DNA of 64,000 nt from contig JBAZJU010000002.1 in the NCBI GenBank assembly GCA_041651155.1, positions 21,467-85,466 on the forward strand. Reading direction: 5' to 3'. Made by a program: the position numbers and the translations under genes. This document shows, piece by piece, positions 9,864 through 18,971 of the stretch (positions are counted from its first letter, which is position 1; each line of letters opens with the position of its first letter). The notes under the pieces are model-generated. The model saw only the letters and a program-made list of their open reading frames with translations. It made no database searches and was not told the origin of the DNA. The stretch is from Patescibacteria group bacterium (GTDB taxonomy: Bacteria; Patescibacteriota; Patescibacteriia; CAIXNZ01).

Positions 9864-10412
9864 CTACTTACGCACACCGCCGAACCAAACTACATTTTCA
9901 AATGCACTATTGCTGCCAGCATAACTTCTTCTGACACTAACAATGCGACCGCAACCATCTTCATCTCTATAAAAAATGGCGTAGCCCCAATCTTGGTCTT
10001 GGATTTTCCAAAGAGCCATGTTAGGGAACTCATCCGCAAATTCGAGTTCATTCTCATTGACTGCTGCAACCGCATAAGGGTCATAGATCATCCCCCGATT
10101 TTTAAACTCTCTATCCAAATCTATAAAGGGGATATAATCCACTTTCCCATTGAAAAGAGTGAAAAATACGACTTCAACATTATCTTTTTTTTGGGTCTCG
10201 CATGCAGGCATAGTTCTTAATGCATCGGTTTCCACATATTCTTTCCGGTGAGTGAATGCTATTTCGGCCTTATCCCTATTTTTGATCTCGCATTCGGGTA
10301 TGGTCACTATCACAATGCTTTCCTTGGATATAACCCGACCAGTAGCATTAATTACTTCTTCAGGTGTACGCGTATAATCAACGGAAACGACCCGTCTGAT
10401 TCCGCTAAACAT
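9864..10412 (-). CDS. hypothetical protein
   Basis: ORF track only. Confidence 0.4.
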   Translation of the reverse strand: MFSGIRRVVSVDYTRTPEEVINATGRVISKESIVIVTIPECEIKNRDKAEIAFTHRKEYVETDALRTMPACETQKKDNVEVVFFTLFNGKVDYIPFIDLDREFKNRGMIYDPYAVAAVNENELEFADEFPNMALWKIQDQDWGYAIFYRDEDGCGRIVSVRRSYAGSNSAFENVVWFGGVRK

Positions 10413-10606
10413 GATAGCTGTACCTCATTCCTTTCTTCCGCTTTAAGCGGATATTAAAGCTCATTCTCTGATACCTCGTAAGGCATCGCTTCTATTTATT
10501 TAAAAGTTCAATCCGTTTTTCAGCTCATGAAAAAATTTCCTGGGCTAAAGACGAAAGGTGAGTCAGTTCCCATGAGAATATGGCTCACCTAAAATTTTTA
10601 TTTGAG

Positions 10607-10816
10607 TTACCGCAAGAGGTGCATAAAACGAATATCTGTAATCAAGGCAAAAATTGAAATTACCATAATACAGATATTAAGGAAGAAGGGTGAATCTGTT
10701 ACGTGACGGCTACTGAAGCACGAGATAAGTCCCAGGAACGAAAAAAGGATTCCAAACCCTACCACCACAAAAACAGATAACAAGATTATTTTCGCGAAGA
10801 AATCTAAAATGAACAT
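10607..10816 (-). CDS. small membrane protein (69 aa)
   Basis: SD aaggaggtagtaaaATG; two hydrophobic helices; downstream hairpin 10561-10593. Confidence 0.45.
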   Translation of the reverse strand: MFILDFFAKIILLSVFVVVGFGILFSFLGLISCFSSRHVTDSPFFLNICIMVISIFALITDIRFMHLLR

Positions 10817-10995
10817 TTTACTACCTCCTTAAATTGTTTTCAAAAAAACTTTATGCGCGGGAAAGGCACCTTTGCGCCCTCCCGCACACTATTGAAACCT
10901 CCAGATTTCAATAACTCTAATCTTAGCATATTTTGGAGGTTTTGTCAAGACTTACGGAAATTGCTGATTGTGCTAAAATAAAGCTACCGCTGAAA

Positions 10996-11092
10996 TAAGA
11001 AATAAGTAATATGTAATACGGAAAGGAATATAAATTATATTTAAATAATCTTCCCATCCGTATTTCTTATTACCTATTACGTATTACTGCAT
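10996..11092. repeat. palindromic AT-rich element (GTAATAYGTAATA arms), copy upstream of holA
   Basis: gtaatatgtaatacggaaaggaata...ccgtatttcttattacctattacgtattac. Related copies at 31181-31285 and flanking 43201-43572. Confidence 0.7.
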
Positions 11093-11108
11093 TTTCATAT
11101 ACAAACCT

Positions 11109-12080
11109 ATGATAATATTTTTATACGGTGAAGATACGTATAGATCAAATCAGAAACTCACCCAAATCAAAGCCAAGTTCCTCAAAGAAGTTGATAGTAC
11201 TTCTATGAACTTAACCACCTTAGACGGTGCCAAGCTTAAATTTGAAGAATTTAACCAGCAGGTCAAAGCCAGCCCGTTTTTAGCGCGCAAAAGAATGATT
11301 ATTATAAAAAATTTAATTTCTGAAAATAAATCCAAGGAAATCCAGAAAGAAGTGGTGGAACTTTTAAATTCAACTGACCAAAACGCTAAAGACGAAAATA
11401 TCCTGGTTTTCTGGGAAAGCGCCAGCCATTCCAAAACCAAGGGCAAAGACGCGCTTTGGACACGACTAGCCAAAGAAAAACTGGCTGAAGAATTTGAGCC
11501 CTTAAGACCGGCCCAACTTAATGCCTGGGTCAAAAAAGAAATTGAAACGCAAGGAGGCAAAATTGATAACCAGACCATTGCTTTATTAGCCGCCACTGTC
11601 GGCAATGACCTCTGGCAAATGGCCAATGAGATTACTAAGCTCACAAATTATTGCCAAACCAAGCCGATTACCGCTGCTGACATTGAAAATCTGGTCAAAG
11701 CCAAATTTGATGACAATATTTTTAATTTGGTTGATGCCTTAGGCAATAATAATAAAAAACTGGCTTTTAAATTAATGTCAGACCAATTTAATTTGGAAGC
11801 TGACGAAATGTATTTGCTTTCCATGCTAATTCGCCAGTTTAGAATTTTACTGGAAATTAAAGATTTAATAAATGAGCATCCTAAAATTACCAAAGATTTA
11901 ATTGCTAAAGATTTAAGCATTCATCCTTTTGTAGCTCAAAAAGCATTATGGCAGGTTAAAAATTTCACTTTTGCTAAGCTTAAACAAATTTACCAGCTCC
12001 TTTTAGACCTTGACTTTAAACTCAAAACCTCCCAATCAAAACCCAAGGTTCTTTTTGACCTCTTTATCGCCCAAATTTAA
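11109..12080 (+). CDS. holA: DNA polymerase III delta subunit
   Basis: LYGEDTY start and LWQMANEITKL, typical of HolA. Confidence 0.75.
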   Translation: MIIFLYGEDTYRSNQKLTQIKAKFLKEVDSTSMNLTTLDGAKLKFEEFNQQVKASPFLARKRMIIIKNLISENKSKEIQKEVVELLNSTDQNAKDENILVFWESASHSKTKGKDALWTRLAKEKLAEEFEPLRPAQLNAWVKKEIETQGGKIDNQTIALLAATVGNDLWQMANEITKLTNYCQTKPITAADIENLVKAKFDDNIFNLVDALGNNNKKLAFKLMSDQFNLEADEMYLLSMLIRQFRILLEIKDLINEHPKITKDLIAKDLSIHPFVAQKALWQVKNFTFAKLKQIYQLLLDLDFKLKTSQSKPKVLFDLFIAQI

Positions 12081-12090
12081 ATAAAAAAAA

Positions 12091-12115
12091 AGAGGCTGAA
12101 TTTTATCCAGCCTCT
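12091..12115. terminator. hairpin terminator between holA and the receiver gene
   Basis: agaggctgaattttatccagcctct flanked by A- and T-runs. Confidence 0.6.
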
Positions 12116-12450
12116 GTCAAAATTTTCTCCAGATCCACGATCTCAAACGGCTTTTTAAAAAACTTCACGTTTACCGGCAAATTATTAGGACGCTCATCGG
12201 AAATTAATACGACTTTAGCCGGGCATTTTGAACAAGACTCATGATTTCTAAGCGCATTAATCAAGTCAATGCCGTTCATCACAGGCATGTTAAAATCTAT
12301 GATCAGAGCGTCAAATGGGAATCGTCCGGCCATAAACATAGCCAGCTCAATGTCTTCTGTTGCAAAAACATCGTGACCCAAATCTTTTAAAAAATCTGGG
12401 ATAGAAATCCTCACCCCTTCATCATCATCAACAAATAGAATTTTCACCAT
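12103..12450 (-). CDS. single-domain response regulator (CheY-like receiver)
   Basis: VDDDEG...D(54)FNMPVMNG..K receiver signature. Confidence 0.75.
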   Translation of the reverse strand: MVKILFVDDDEGVRISIPDFLKDLGHDVFATEDIELAMFMAGRFPFDALIIDFNMPVMNGIDLINALRNHESCSKCPAKVVLISDERPNNLPVNVKFFKKPFEIVDLEKILTEAG

Positions 12451-12511
12451 TTCCTCCTTAGTTGATTGTGTAAATATAATATTACCACATTATAAGAAAA
12501 AAGAAAGAGGC

Positions 12512-12859
12512 TCATTGAGCCTCTTTTTTAACCATGTCTTTGAGTTTATCCAATTCGTTTTTATCGCAATAGTCAACTCCCTCCTGAAGTTTAAAAATTT
12601 CGCGTGGATGAGTTGACATCAGAATGATGCGCATTCCTGCAAATTGCGGATCTGCCAGCACATGTTTAATTAAGTTGAGCCCGTCCATAACGGGCATCTG
12701 ATAATCCGTGATCAGCAAATCAAATTTTTCCTGCTCTAATTTCTCTAAGGCTTGCTGACCATTTTCAGCCTCAACAATTTCAAAATCTTTCTTAGGCCGT
12801 AAAAGCCACTTGATTGCGTTGCGCATACGCTCTAAATCATCTACAAGCAATATTTTCAT
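12512..12859 (-). CDS. single-domain response regulator (CheY-like receiver)
   Basis: LLVDDLERMR..ITDYQMPVMDG receiver signature. Confidence 0.75.
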   Translation of the reverse strand: MKILLVDDLERMRNAIKWLLRPKKDFEIVEAENGQQALEKLEQEKFDLLITDYQMPVMDGLNLIKHVLADPQFAGMRIILMSTHPREIFKLQEGVDYCDKNELDKLKDMVKKEAQ

Positions 12860-12991
12860 ACTGCCTCCTTTGTAAAATTATCTACTAGTTTAGCATATCT
12901 AGGCGATTTTGTCAACCACGTCGCTAGCAAGCAGCGTGATTGACCTAGCACTAAACAAAAAAGAGCCTTACGAGCTCTATTTTTGTTTATT

Positions 12992-13291
12992 TTATTCTGA
13001 TTTTTTCTCTTCTTTTTTTGCAGCGCTTCCGCCTTTCTGATGATATTTAACCAAACGGGATAATTTTCTAGCTACCATGTTTTTCTTAAAAATCTTTTTT
13101 TGCGCTGCTTTATCCAGCTTTTTCTGCGCCTCTTTAATCATGGCCTCAACCTTGTCTTTGGCTTCATTTTTATCAATGGCCTTATGGATTTTTTTGAGCA
13201 GGGTTTTAATATCCTCGCGAATTGCCAAATTATGAGCTGATCTTTTTATACTTTGGCGCAAGGATTTCTTTGACTGTTGTTTAATTGGCAT
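12992..13291 (-). CDS. rpsT: 30S ribosomal protein S20
   Basis: MPIKQQSKKSLRQSIKRSAHN N-terminus; basic, ~99 aa. Confidence 0.85.
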   Translation of the reverse strand: MPIKQQSKKSLRQSIKRSAHNLAIREDIKTLLKKIHKAIDKNEAKDKVEAMIKEAQKKLDKAAQKKIFKKNMVARKLSRLVKYHQKGGSAAKKEEKKSE

Positions 13292-13446
13292 AGATGAATT
13301 CTGAATTATGAATTATGAACTATGAAATGAAATACAGATTACAGATAGTTACAGATATGCTGATTTAGTGATTTGTAAATCTGTATATATCTGTAATCTG
13401 TAGTATTAAAGAAATGGTATCAGATTATTATTATGAAGTCAAGGAT

Positions 13447-14478
13447 TTAAGTCTGCGGTTTATCAATTTCTAAAAGTTCAATTTTTGTTTCCTTGCCTGT
13501 AATTTTAGTTACATCCTTATCTATTTTTTTAAACTCTTTGGAGGCAGAATTGTACATATTGACTGTTGTGCCCAGATTGTTGCCTAATTTTTTCAGATAT
13601 TCATCATAAGCCAGTAAATGCTTTTGCAAGTCTTCAACTTTTTCCCTGATTTCCTGGGCTGATTTTTCAATTTGTAAAGCTTTTAAACCTTGCAAAACAG
13701 TCTGCAGATAAGCAAAAAATGAAGTTGGTGAAGTTATTATCACGTGTTTTTCTTTAAAAGCATATTCAATTAAATCGCGCGTATTAACTTTAATCGCCCC
13801 GACCTGGTTAATCAAAAGATCGTAGTAAATTCCTTCGGATGGAATGAACATAAAAGCAAAATCCATTGTTTTCTCACTTGGCCTGATATATTTGGAAGTT
13901 TCGTCAATCCTGTTTTTCAAATCCTGCTTAAAAAGTTTTTCTAATTTTTCGCGTTCTGCTGGATTTTTTTCTTCCACAATCTTATTATAATTTTCCAATG
14001 AAAATTTAGAGTCAATGGGAATAACCTTGTCTTTAACAAAAATTACCGCATCAACAATCTCCCCATTTTTAAATTTATATTGCATTTGGTAAGAAGCCGG
14101 CGGCAAAACATTTTTTAGCAATGTTTCCAGAAAATATTCGCCTAAAATACCGCGCTGTTTGGGATTGGTCAAAATATTTTCCAAACTCTGCAATTGCTCG
14201 GCAAAACCCATCACCTGTTTATTGGTTTCCGTAATCTTTGTTAATTGCTCTGTCACACCCTGAATTATTCTGGAACTTTGCGCGTGCTGTTCCTGAATTG
14301 TTTTGTGTGTATTATTTAACCCGTCTCCCAAGACTTTATTAAGTTCATTTATCTGATTTTGCAGCAAAACCAAAGACTGGTCATCTTTTTTCCCTTGACT
14401 TGTTTTGTTCAGCATAAAAAGAATGGCTGCAAAACCAGCTATAATGACTAGTAAAATTATGATTGAGAATAAATCCAT
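13447..14478 (-). CDS. rmuC: DNA recombination protein RmuC
   Basis: N-terminal TM, coiled coil, and C-terminal HVIITSPTSFFAYLQTV. Confidence 0.8.
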   Translation of the reverse strand: MDLFSIIILLVIIAGFAAILFMLNKTSQGKKDDQSLVLLQNQINELNKVLGDGLNNTHKTIQEQHAQSSRIIQGVTEQLTKITETNKQVMGFAEQLQSLENILTNPKQRGILGEYFLETLLKNVLPPASYQMQYKFKNGEIVDAVIFVKDKVIPIDSKFSLENYNKIVEEKNPAEREKLEKLFKQDLKNRIDETSKYIRPSEKTMDFAFMFIPSEGIYYDLLINQVGAIKVNTRDLIEYAFKEKHVIITSPTSFFAYLQTVLQGLKALQIEKSAQEIREKVEDLQKHLLAYDEYLKKLGNNLGTTVNMYNSASKEFKKIDKDVTKITGKETKIELLEIDKPQT

Positions 14479-14549
14479 AAATTTATATAATTATTCCTAT
14501 TTTATCAGCAAATGTCCAAAAGAGCAATCACCCCTTAGATCTTGACAAA

Positions 14550-14838
14550 CCAAAAATTTTTTGATAATCTAGACAATGCTCGGAAAACACCGGCGTACTG
14601 GGATTTTAAGCAAACCGGGTCTGAATCAATTATGAATCTGATCAGAGTAATTTATCCAAAAATTCTGGTCAAATTCCCTCCGGTTGGTTTGTGCCTCGTA
14701 AACTTAAAATTCTGTAGAGTTGGGCTCTACACCAGTGTTAAACCCAGTTGTAGTGTAACTCGTTTGGGTGCGAGTGGCTAGCAGCCGGACACTGCAATGG
14801 CTTCGAGCTAGGAGCGCATTAAATTGCGCTCCTTTTCA
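14550..14838 (+). ncRNA. unassigned small RNA candidate (~280 nt) with own promoter and terminator
   Basis: -35 TTGACA at 14550 with 17-nt spacer and TAATCT -10; many internal hairpins; terminator ggagcgcattaaattgcgctcctttt at 14812-14838; no ORF. Confidence 0.35.
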
Positions 14839-14884
14839 ATTAAAAAAAGAGGTTATAATAGCCTCTTTTTATGATAAATGGTCA

Positions 14885-15427
14885 TTATTCCAAAAATACT
14901 GCAGAAGAAATAACTGTTGTCCAAAGCCCGTCTTTATTGCCTTCAGCTGATTGTGTTATGCTTGATGTTCTAAAAATATAACCACTGGCTAAATACTCTT
15001 CTTTTCTTTCATCATAGGCTTTATCAGGATCAAATTGAATGCCTAAAGTTGTGGCTAACATGGTGGCGGCTAAATCTTCAGCATAATATCCGCACTTTTG
15101 GCATGTTTCTCCATGTGAATGATGCTCTGATAAATAACCATAATGTGTCCGATCTTTTGGAATTGCCAAGCCTATTGAAGCTGAAATCAAACGATTTGGT
15201 TCATTGGTTTCACTTTTTGCCATAACACAATATGTAATTTGTCCCGGATTTAATAACTCTTTACCTTTATCTTTAGTTATAGTTTGGCAATTTGGAGGGA
15301 AAATGCTGGAAACATAAACTAAATTACATTTTTCAATACCCGCATCGCGTAAAGCTAATTCAAAGGATGCTAATCGTTCTTTGTGCACTCCAACGCCTTT
15401 TGTAAAAAACATTTTACTTGGTACCAT
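14885..15427 (-). CDS. pdaD: pyruvoyl-dependent arginine decarboxylase
   Basis: [16 protein letters not shown]-terminus and overall PdaD-family similarity. Confidence 0.8.
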   Translation of the reverse strand: MVPSKMFFTKGVGVHKERLASFELALRDAGIEKCNLVYVSSIFPPNCQTITKDKGKELLNPGQITYCVMAKSETNEPNRLISASIGLAIPKDRTHYGYLSEHHSHGETCQKCGYYAEDLAATMLATTLGIQFDPDKAYDERKEEYLASGYIFRTSSITQSAEGNKDGLWTTVISSAVFLE

Positions 15428-15546
15428 TTTTTTTAATTTTTTAAATTTAAATTAAAAGCTTTTTCAAGGCTCTAACTAAAATTATAAAATATAAAATATA
15501 AAAAAACAACAACCAGGGTCTGCCAGTTGTTGATAACTTCGCAAAT

Positions 15547-16121
15547 TTAAATAAAATATTTTTCCCTGCCTGATTTTAAAGTTTCGGCGCACCACTTTAA
15601 TTCTGTGAAAAATATTTTGCAACGTGCCAAATAACTTTTATCAATTAAATTTCCTTTTGAGTCAAAACAAGTTTTAACATTTGAAAAATATAAATCTTCA
15701 CGAATTGGCATCATGTGTAATTCAATTGAAACTAAGAGTAATTGTTCAACCATCCTAAGCCCGCCAAGACAGCTGCTTGATACGCCGCAAATTCCTAAGG
15801 CTTATGAAAGTATTCTGTGTATTGCAGATCAAGCATTATTTTTATTTCGCCATGATAACCATGATTATATTCTGGTGAAACAATAATTAAGCCATCATCG
15901 CATTTAATTATTTTGGCAAATTTTTGGCTTGGACAATTTTCCCTTCACGATTAGTCGCTGCAATTCTAAAATTTTTAACTTTAATCATTTTTTTTCAAAA
16001 CCAAAAGGCTTGCACTTGTTTCAGTTTGAATTTGGCGGTTTTTATAGATTCGCGACCTTGTTGTGCGGTTCCTAAAATTATTGGGATATACATAAATATC
16101 AGCTATCAAGCCTATTACTAA
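15547..16121 (-). pseudogene. frameshifted/truncated carbon-nitrogen hydrolase (nitrilase superfamily) remnant
   Basis: Minus-strand fragments MIKVKNFRIAATN..; GLIIVSPEYNHGYHGEIKIML (catalytic-Glu PE motif); SYLARCKIFFTELKWCAE (yrKiHLF motif); broken by stops across three frames. Confidence 0.45.
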
Positions 16122-16403
16122 TTATTTAATTAATTCTTCAACTTCGTTTTTCCCAGCTGTCAGTTCATCAACTTGTTCAGAATCTAATTTTAAAAGCATG
16201 GCCTGAAATTCGCCAACATGTGTTTTTTCCTCTTTAGCAATATCTTGTAAGATGGCTTTGATTTCAGAATTGTTGGTCATGGCAGCCATCTGTTCATAAA
16301 GATTAATTGCATCTAATTCGGCAATAATACCTGCTCTTAAAATTTCCTGATCAATTTCAATTTTATTAGATTTGTCTAAATTAATAGGAATTTGTGACAT
16401 CAT
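16122..16403 (-). CDS. small ferritin-like/rubrerythrin-family protein
   Basis: EL.AINLYEQMA and EEKTHVGEF di-iron-like motifs in a 93-aa helical protein. Confidence 0.5.
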   Translation of the reverse strand: MMSQIPINLDKSNKIEIDQEILRAGIIAELDAINLYEQMAAMTNNSEIKAILQDIAKEEKTHVGEFQAMLLKLDSEQVDELTAGKNEVEELIK

Positions 16404-16647
16404 AGACTTGTCTAAGTTAATAATAAATTATATGATTAGTATATCTTAATTTTATCATTTATTGGCTAACAAAGAAATATTCAAAAATCTCTTTTGTGAA
16501 TTTCTTAAATATTTTTTGTACATGCTTTTATTCATTAGATAGTAAATATATTATTGTAATGACAAAATTACCAAAATTATTACTTATTACGACACTTGTT
16601 TTTTCCTAAAATTACTTAAATTTTGCTAATAAGCTCAATTTTACATT

Positions 16648-16673
16648 AAAAATGTTTCACGTGAAACATTTTT
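16648..16673. promoter_or_regulatory. 26-bp perfect palindrome (operator or bidirectional terminator candidate)
   Basis: aaaaatgtttcacgtgaaacattttt in the divergent region between the ferritin-like gene and tRNA-Arg. Confidence 0.4.
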
Positions 16674-16728
16674 AAAATATAGGCTAATATTAGCAATAAA
16701 AGTGTTAATTTACTATAAATAAATAAGT

Positions 16729-16815
16729 CCCTGTAGTTTCCGCCCAAGGCGGATCAGCCTGTCTTGGCCAAGGCCAGGCCTCTGGCTGACAACGGATACA
16801 CTGACAATTAAATAA
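16729..16815 (+). repeat. 5' fragment duplicate of tRNA-Arg fused to a GC-rich hairpin element
   Basis: aaataagtccctgtagtt repeats the tRNA start and is followed by ccgcccaaggcggatcagcct...ggctgaca. Confidence 0.6.
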
Positions 16816-16887
16816 GTCCCCGTAGTTCAACGGATAGAACGAGAGACTCCTAAGCTCTAGATAGAGGTTCGATTCCTCTCGGGGACA
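16816..16887 (+). tRNA. tRNA-Arg(CCT)
   Basis: Acceptor GTCCCCG/CGGGGAC, D-arm GTTCAACGGATAGAAC, anticodon loop CTCCTAA, T-arm AGAGG-TTCGATT-CCTCT. Confidence 0.85.
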
Positions 16888-17001
16888 TATTTTGGCCTTA
16901 TAGCTCTGCCAGCCGGAGTACATTCAGAGTGGGAGAGCTAAAGGGCTCAAGTCCTTATGGTCAAAATATAAAATTTTGCTTTAAAATGAATATGCTAAAA
17001 T

Positions 17002-17250
17002 ATGCCAAATAAAGAGTCCTTGGAACAACAAAATTTACAATTTTATACATTTGCTGATGGAATTTTTAGTTTTTGGGAAGCAAAAATCAATGATAAGCAA
17101 AGCATTATATTTAGGGTAAGAAATGATAGTACTCCGGCAAAAAGGGCTCTGGAAAAGGGTATTTCTAATGGAATTTCATTATATCCAGCTAAAAAAGAAC
17201 CTGTTCAAAAATGGCTAAATTCTCATCCAGATTATCCAATTATTGAATAA
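17002..17250 (+). CDS. hypothetical small protein
   Basis: ORF track only. Confidence 0.3.
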   Translation: MPNKESLEQQNLQFYTFADGIFSFWEAKINDKQSIIFRVRNDSTPAKRALEKGISNGISLYPAKKEPVQKWLNSHPDYPIIE

Positions 17251-17289
17251 ATACGCCAGTAATAGAGCCACCTTCGGTAAAAATTACAA

Positions 17290-17580
17290 TAATATGGCTA
17301 TTTAGCTCCCACCTATGCACCTTTGGAGCTCCGGCTGGCAGGCAACCCTAAAATGACACCATTTGTGGATGTTTATCCTATTTTTACTAAGGGCAATTAG
17401 CTCCAGCCTAAAAGGGCCCCTTTGGGGCTGGTTAGAGCGTACGATTCACACCTGCCTGCCGTAGTATATAAATTCTAAAAATTATTAGCAAATATGGCCA
17501 TTTAGCTCACACCTACGCATACGCTTCGGCGGGCAGGCAGTTGGCTAGAGCGCTTCATTCACACCTGTCCGCCGAAATTA
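17290..17580 (+). repeat. three degenerate 5'-half copies of tRNA-Val with GC-rich hairpin insertions
   Basis: Each copy runs GGC(Y)ATTTAGCTC[insertion]..GTTAGAGCG..TTCACACC(TG) and stops just past the anticodon loop. Confidence 0.6.
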
Positions 17581-17581
17581 T

Positions 17582-17655
17582 GGGATTATAGCTCAGTTGG
17601 TCAGAGCGTACGGTTCACATCCGTAAGGTCAGAGGTTCAAGTCCTCTTAATCCCA
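17582..17655 (+). tRNA. tRNA-Val(CAC)
   Basis: GGGATTA..TAATCCC acceptor, anticodon loop TTCACAT, T-arm AGAGG-TTCAAGT-CCTCT. Confidence 0.85.
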
Positions 17656-17894
17656 ATACTTATGAAGGCGGATTGAAGAGGTCGCAGATTCAAGCCCTGC
17701 AATGGCCATACGAAGGCAGGTTCGTAAGGTCACTGGTTCAAACCCAGTATTGCCCACCTTTGTCCTACGAAGCTTTAGACGGTCGGTCTTCGGCCTTTAC
17801 AGACGGAAGTCGGCTACTGAGCCGACGAATGTCGTTAAGCACAGCCCACAAAACAACATTATTACTTATTACTAATTACTTATTACTAATTTAC

Positions 17895-18971
17895 ATGTCA
17901 TTATCCATTGCTATTGTTGGCCTACCCAATGTAGGCAAATCAACCATATTTAATGCCTTAACTCGCCAAAAGGTTGATGCTCAAAACTATCCATTTTGCA
18001 CCATTAATCCTAATATTGGGTGTGTTAAGGTACCTGATGACCGGCTTGATCAACTTGCTGTCATGTCAAATTCAGAAAAGATTATTTATTCTACCATTGA
18101 ATTTACAGATATTGCTGGATTGGTTAGAGGCGCACATAAAGGAGAAGGATTGGGCAACCAATTTTTATCTAACATTAGGGAATGTAATGTAATCTGTCAT
18201 ATTTTACGACACTTCAAAGATGAAAACGTTGTGCATGTTGAACAAAAAATTGACCCAAAATTAGATTTAGAGATTATAAACCTTGAGTTGGCCATGGCTG
18301 ATTTAGCCCAAATCCAGAAAAAATTAGATTCAATTAAAAATGACCTTGCTTTTAAAGATTTAACTATTCTCCTTAAAAAGCTGCAAGAAAATTTGAATAA
18401 TAATATCTTAATTAAAGATATTATATTTTCAGATGAAGAAAAAATTAGTATTAAAGAATATAATTTTTTAACTGCAAAACCATGTCTGTATATAATTAAC
18501 ATTGCTGAAACGGATTTAAAAAAAGAAGCGCCTGAAATTTTAAAAGAAATAAATTTAGATTTAAATCCTGATGAAGTTATTTTAGTTTGTGGTAAAATGG
18601 AAGCAGAATTATCAACTCTTAGTGAAAGTGAGGTCAAGGAATATTTAAATAACTTACAGATAAAACAAACCGGCTTGGAAAAAATGATAATTGCCGGTTA
18701 TAAACTATTGGATCTAATTTCTATGTTAACCACGGGACCAAAAGAAACAAGAGCCTGGACATTGACTCAAGGCACAAAAGCGCCACAGGCTGCTGGTAAA
18801 ATTCATACTGATTTTGAAAAAGGCTTTGCTAGAGTGGAAGTTATTTATTGGCAAGATCTGCTAAATATCGGCAACTGGATAAAAGCTAAAGAAAAAGGTC
18901 TTATCAGGATGGAGGGTAAAGACTATGTGATTAAAGATGGGGATACTGTTATTTTTCATTTTTCTAAATAG
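17895..18971 (+). CDS. ychF: ribosome-binding ATPase YchF
   Basis: MSLSIAIVGLPNVGKSTIFNALT P-loop and C-terminal TGS-like region. The ORF-track N-terminal extension runs through tRNA-like DNA and is rejected. Confidence 0.9.
   Translation: MSLSIAIVGLPNVGKSTIFNALTRQKVDAQNYPFCTINPNIGCVKVPDDRLDQLAVMSNSEKIIYSTIEFTDIAGLVRGAHKGEGLGNQFLSNIRECNVICHILRHFKDENVVHVEQKIDPKLDLEIINLELAMADLAQIQKKLDSIKNDLAFKDLTILLKKLQENLNNNILIKDIIFSDEEKISIKEYNFLTAKPCLYIINIAETDLKKEAPEILKEINLDLNPDEVILVCGKMEAELSTLSESEVKEYLNNLQIKQTGLEKMIIAGYKLLDLISMLTTGPKETRAWTLTQGTKAPQAAGKIHTDFEKGFARVEVIYWQDLLNIGNWIKAKEKGLIRMEGKDYVIKDGDTVIFHFSK

Noticed and set aside
11150-11920. Minus-strand ORFs of 164 and 90 aa
   Set aside because: They are antisense to holA and have low-complexity Ser/Leu-rich composition typical of shadow ORFs.
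13292-13446. ATTACAGAT-type tandem repeats upstream of rpsT
   Set aside because: They are low-complexity AT-rich repeats, probably a promoter or UTR, and carry no specific signal beyond that.
14550-14838. Assignment of the ncRNA candidate as SRP RNA
   Set aside because: An AGCAGCC heptamer is present, but I could not place the conserved GNRA tetraloop or a symmetric-loop helix 8. It is left unassigned.
17660-17760. Possible additional tRNA (T-arm ACTGG-TTCAAAC-CCAGT, acceptor-like ATTGCCC)
   Set aside because: There is no matching 5' acceptor strand, and the anticodon loop is 6 or 8 nt. It is treated as a degenerate tRNA-like remnant.
17673-17894. N-terminal 74-aa extension of the ychF ORF
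   Set aside because: The extension runs through a tRNA-like remnant and GC-rich structured DNA. The canonical P-loop start MSLSIAIVGLPNVGKST begins at 17895.
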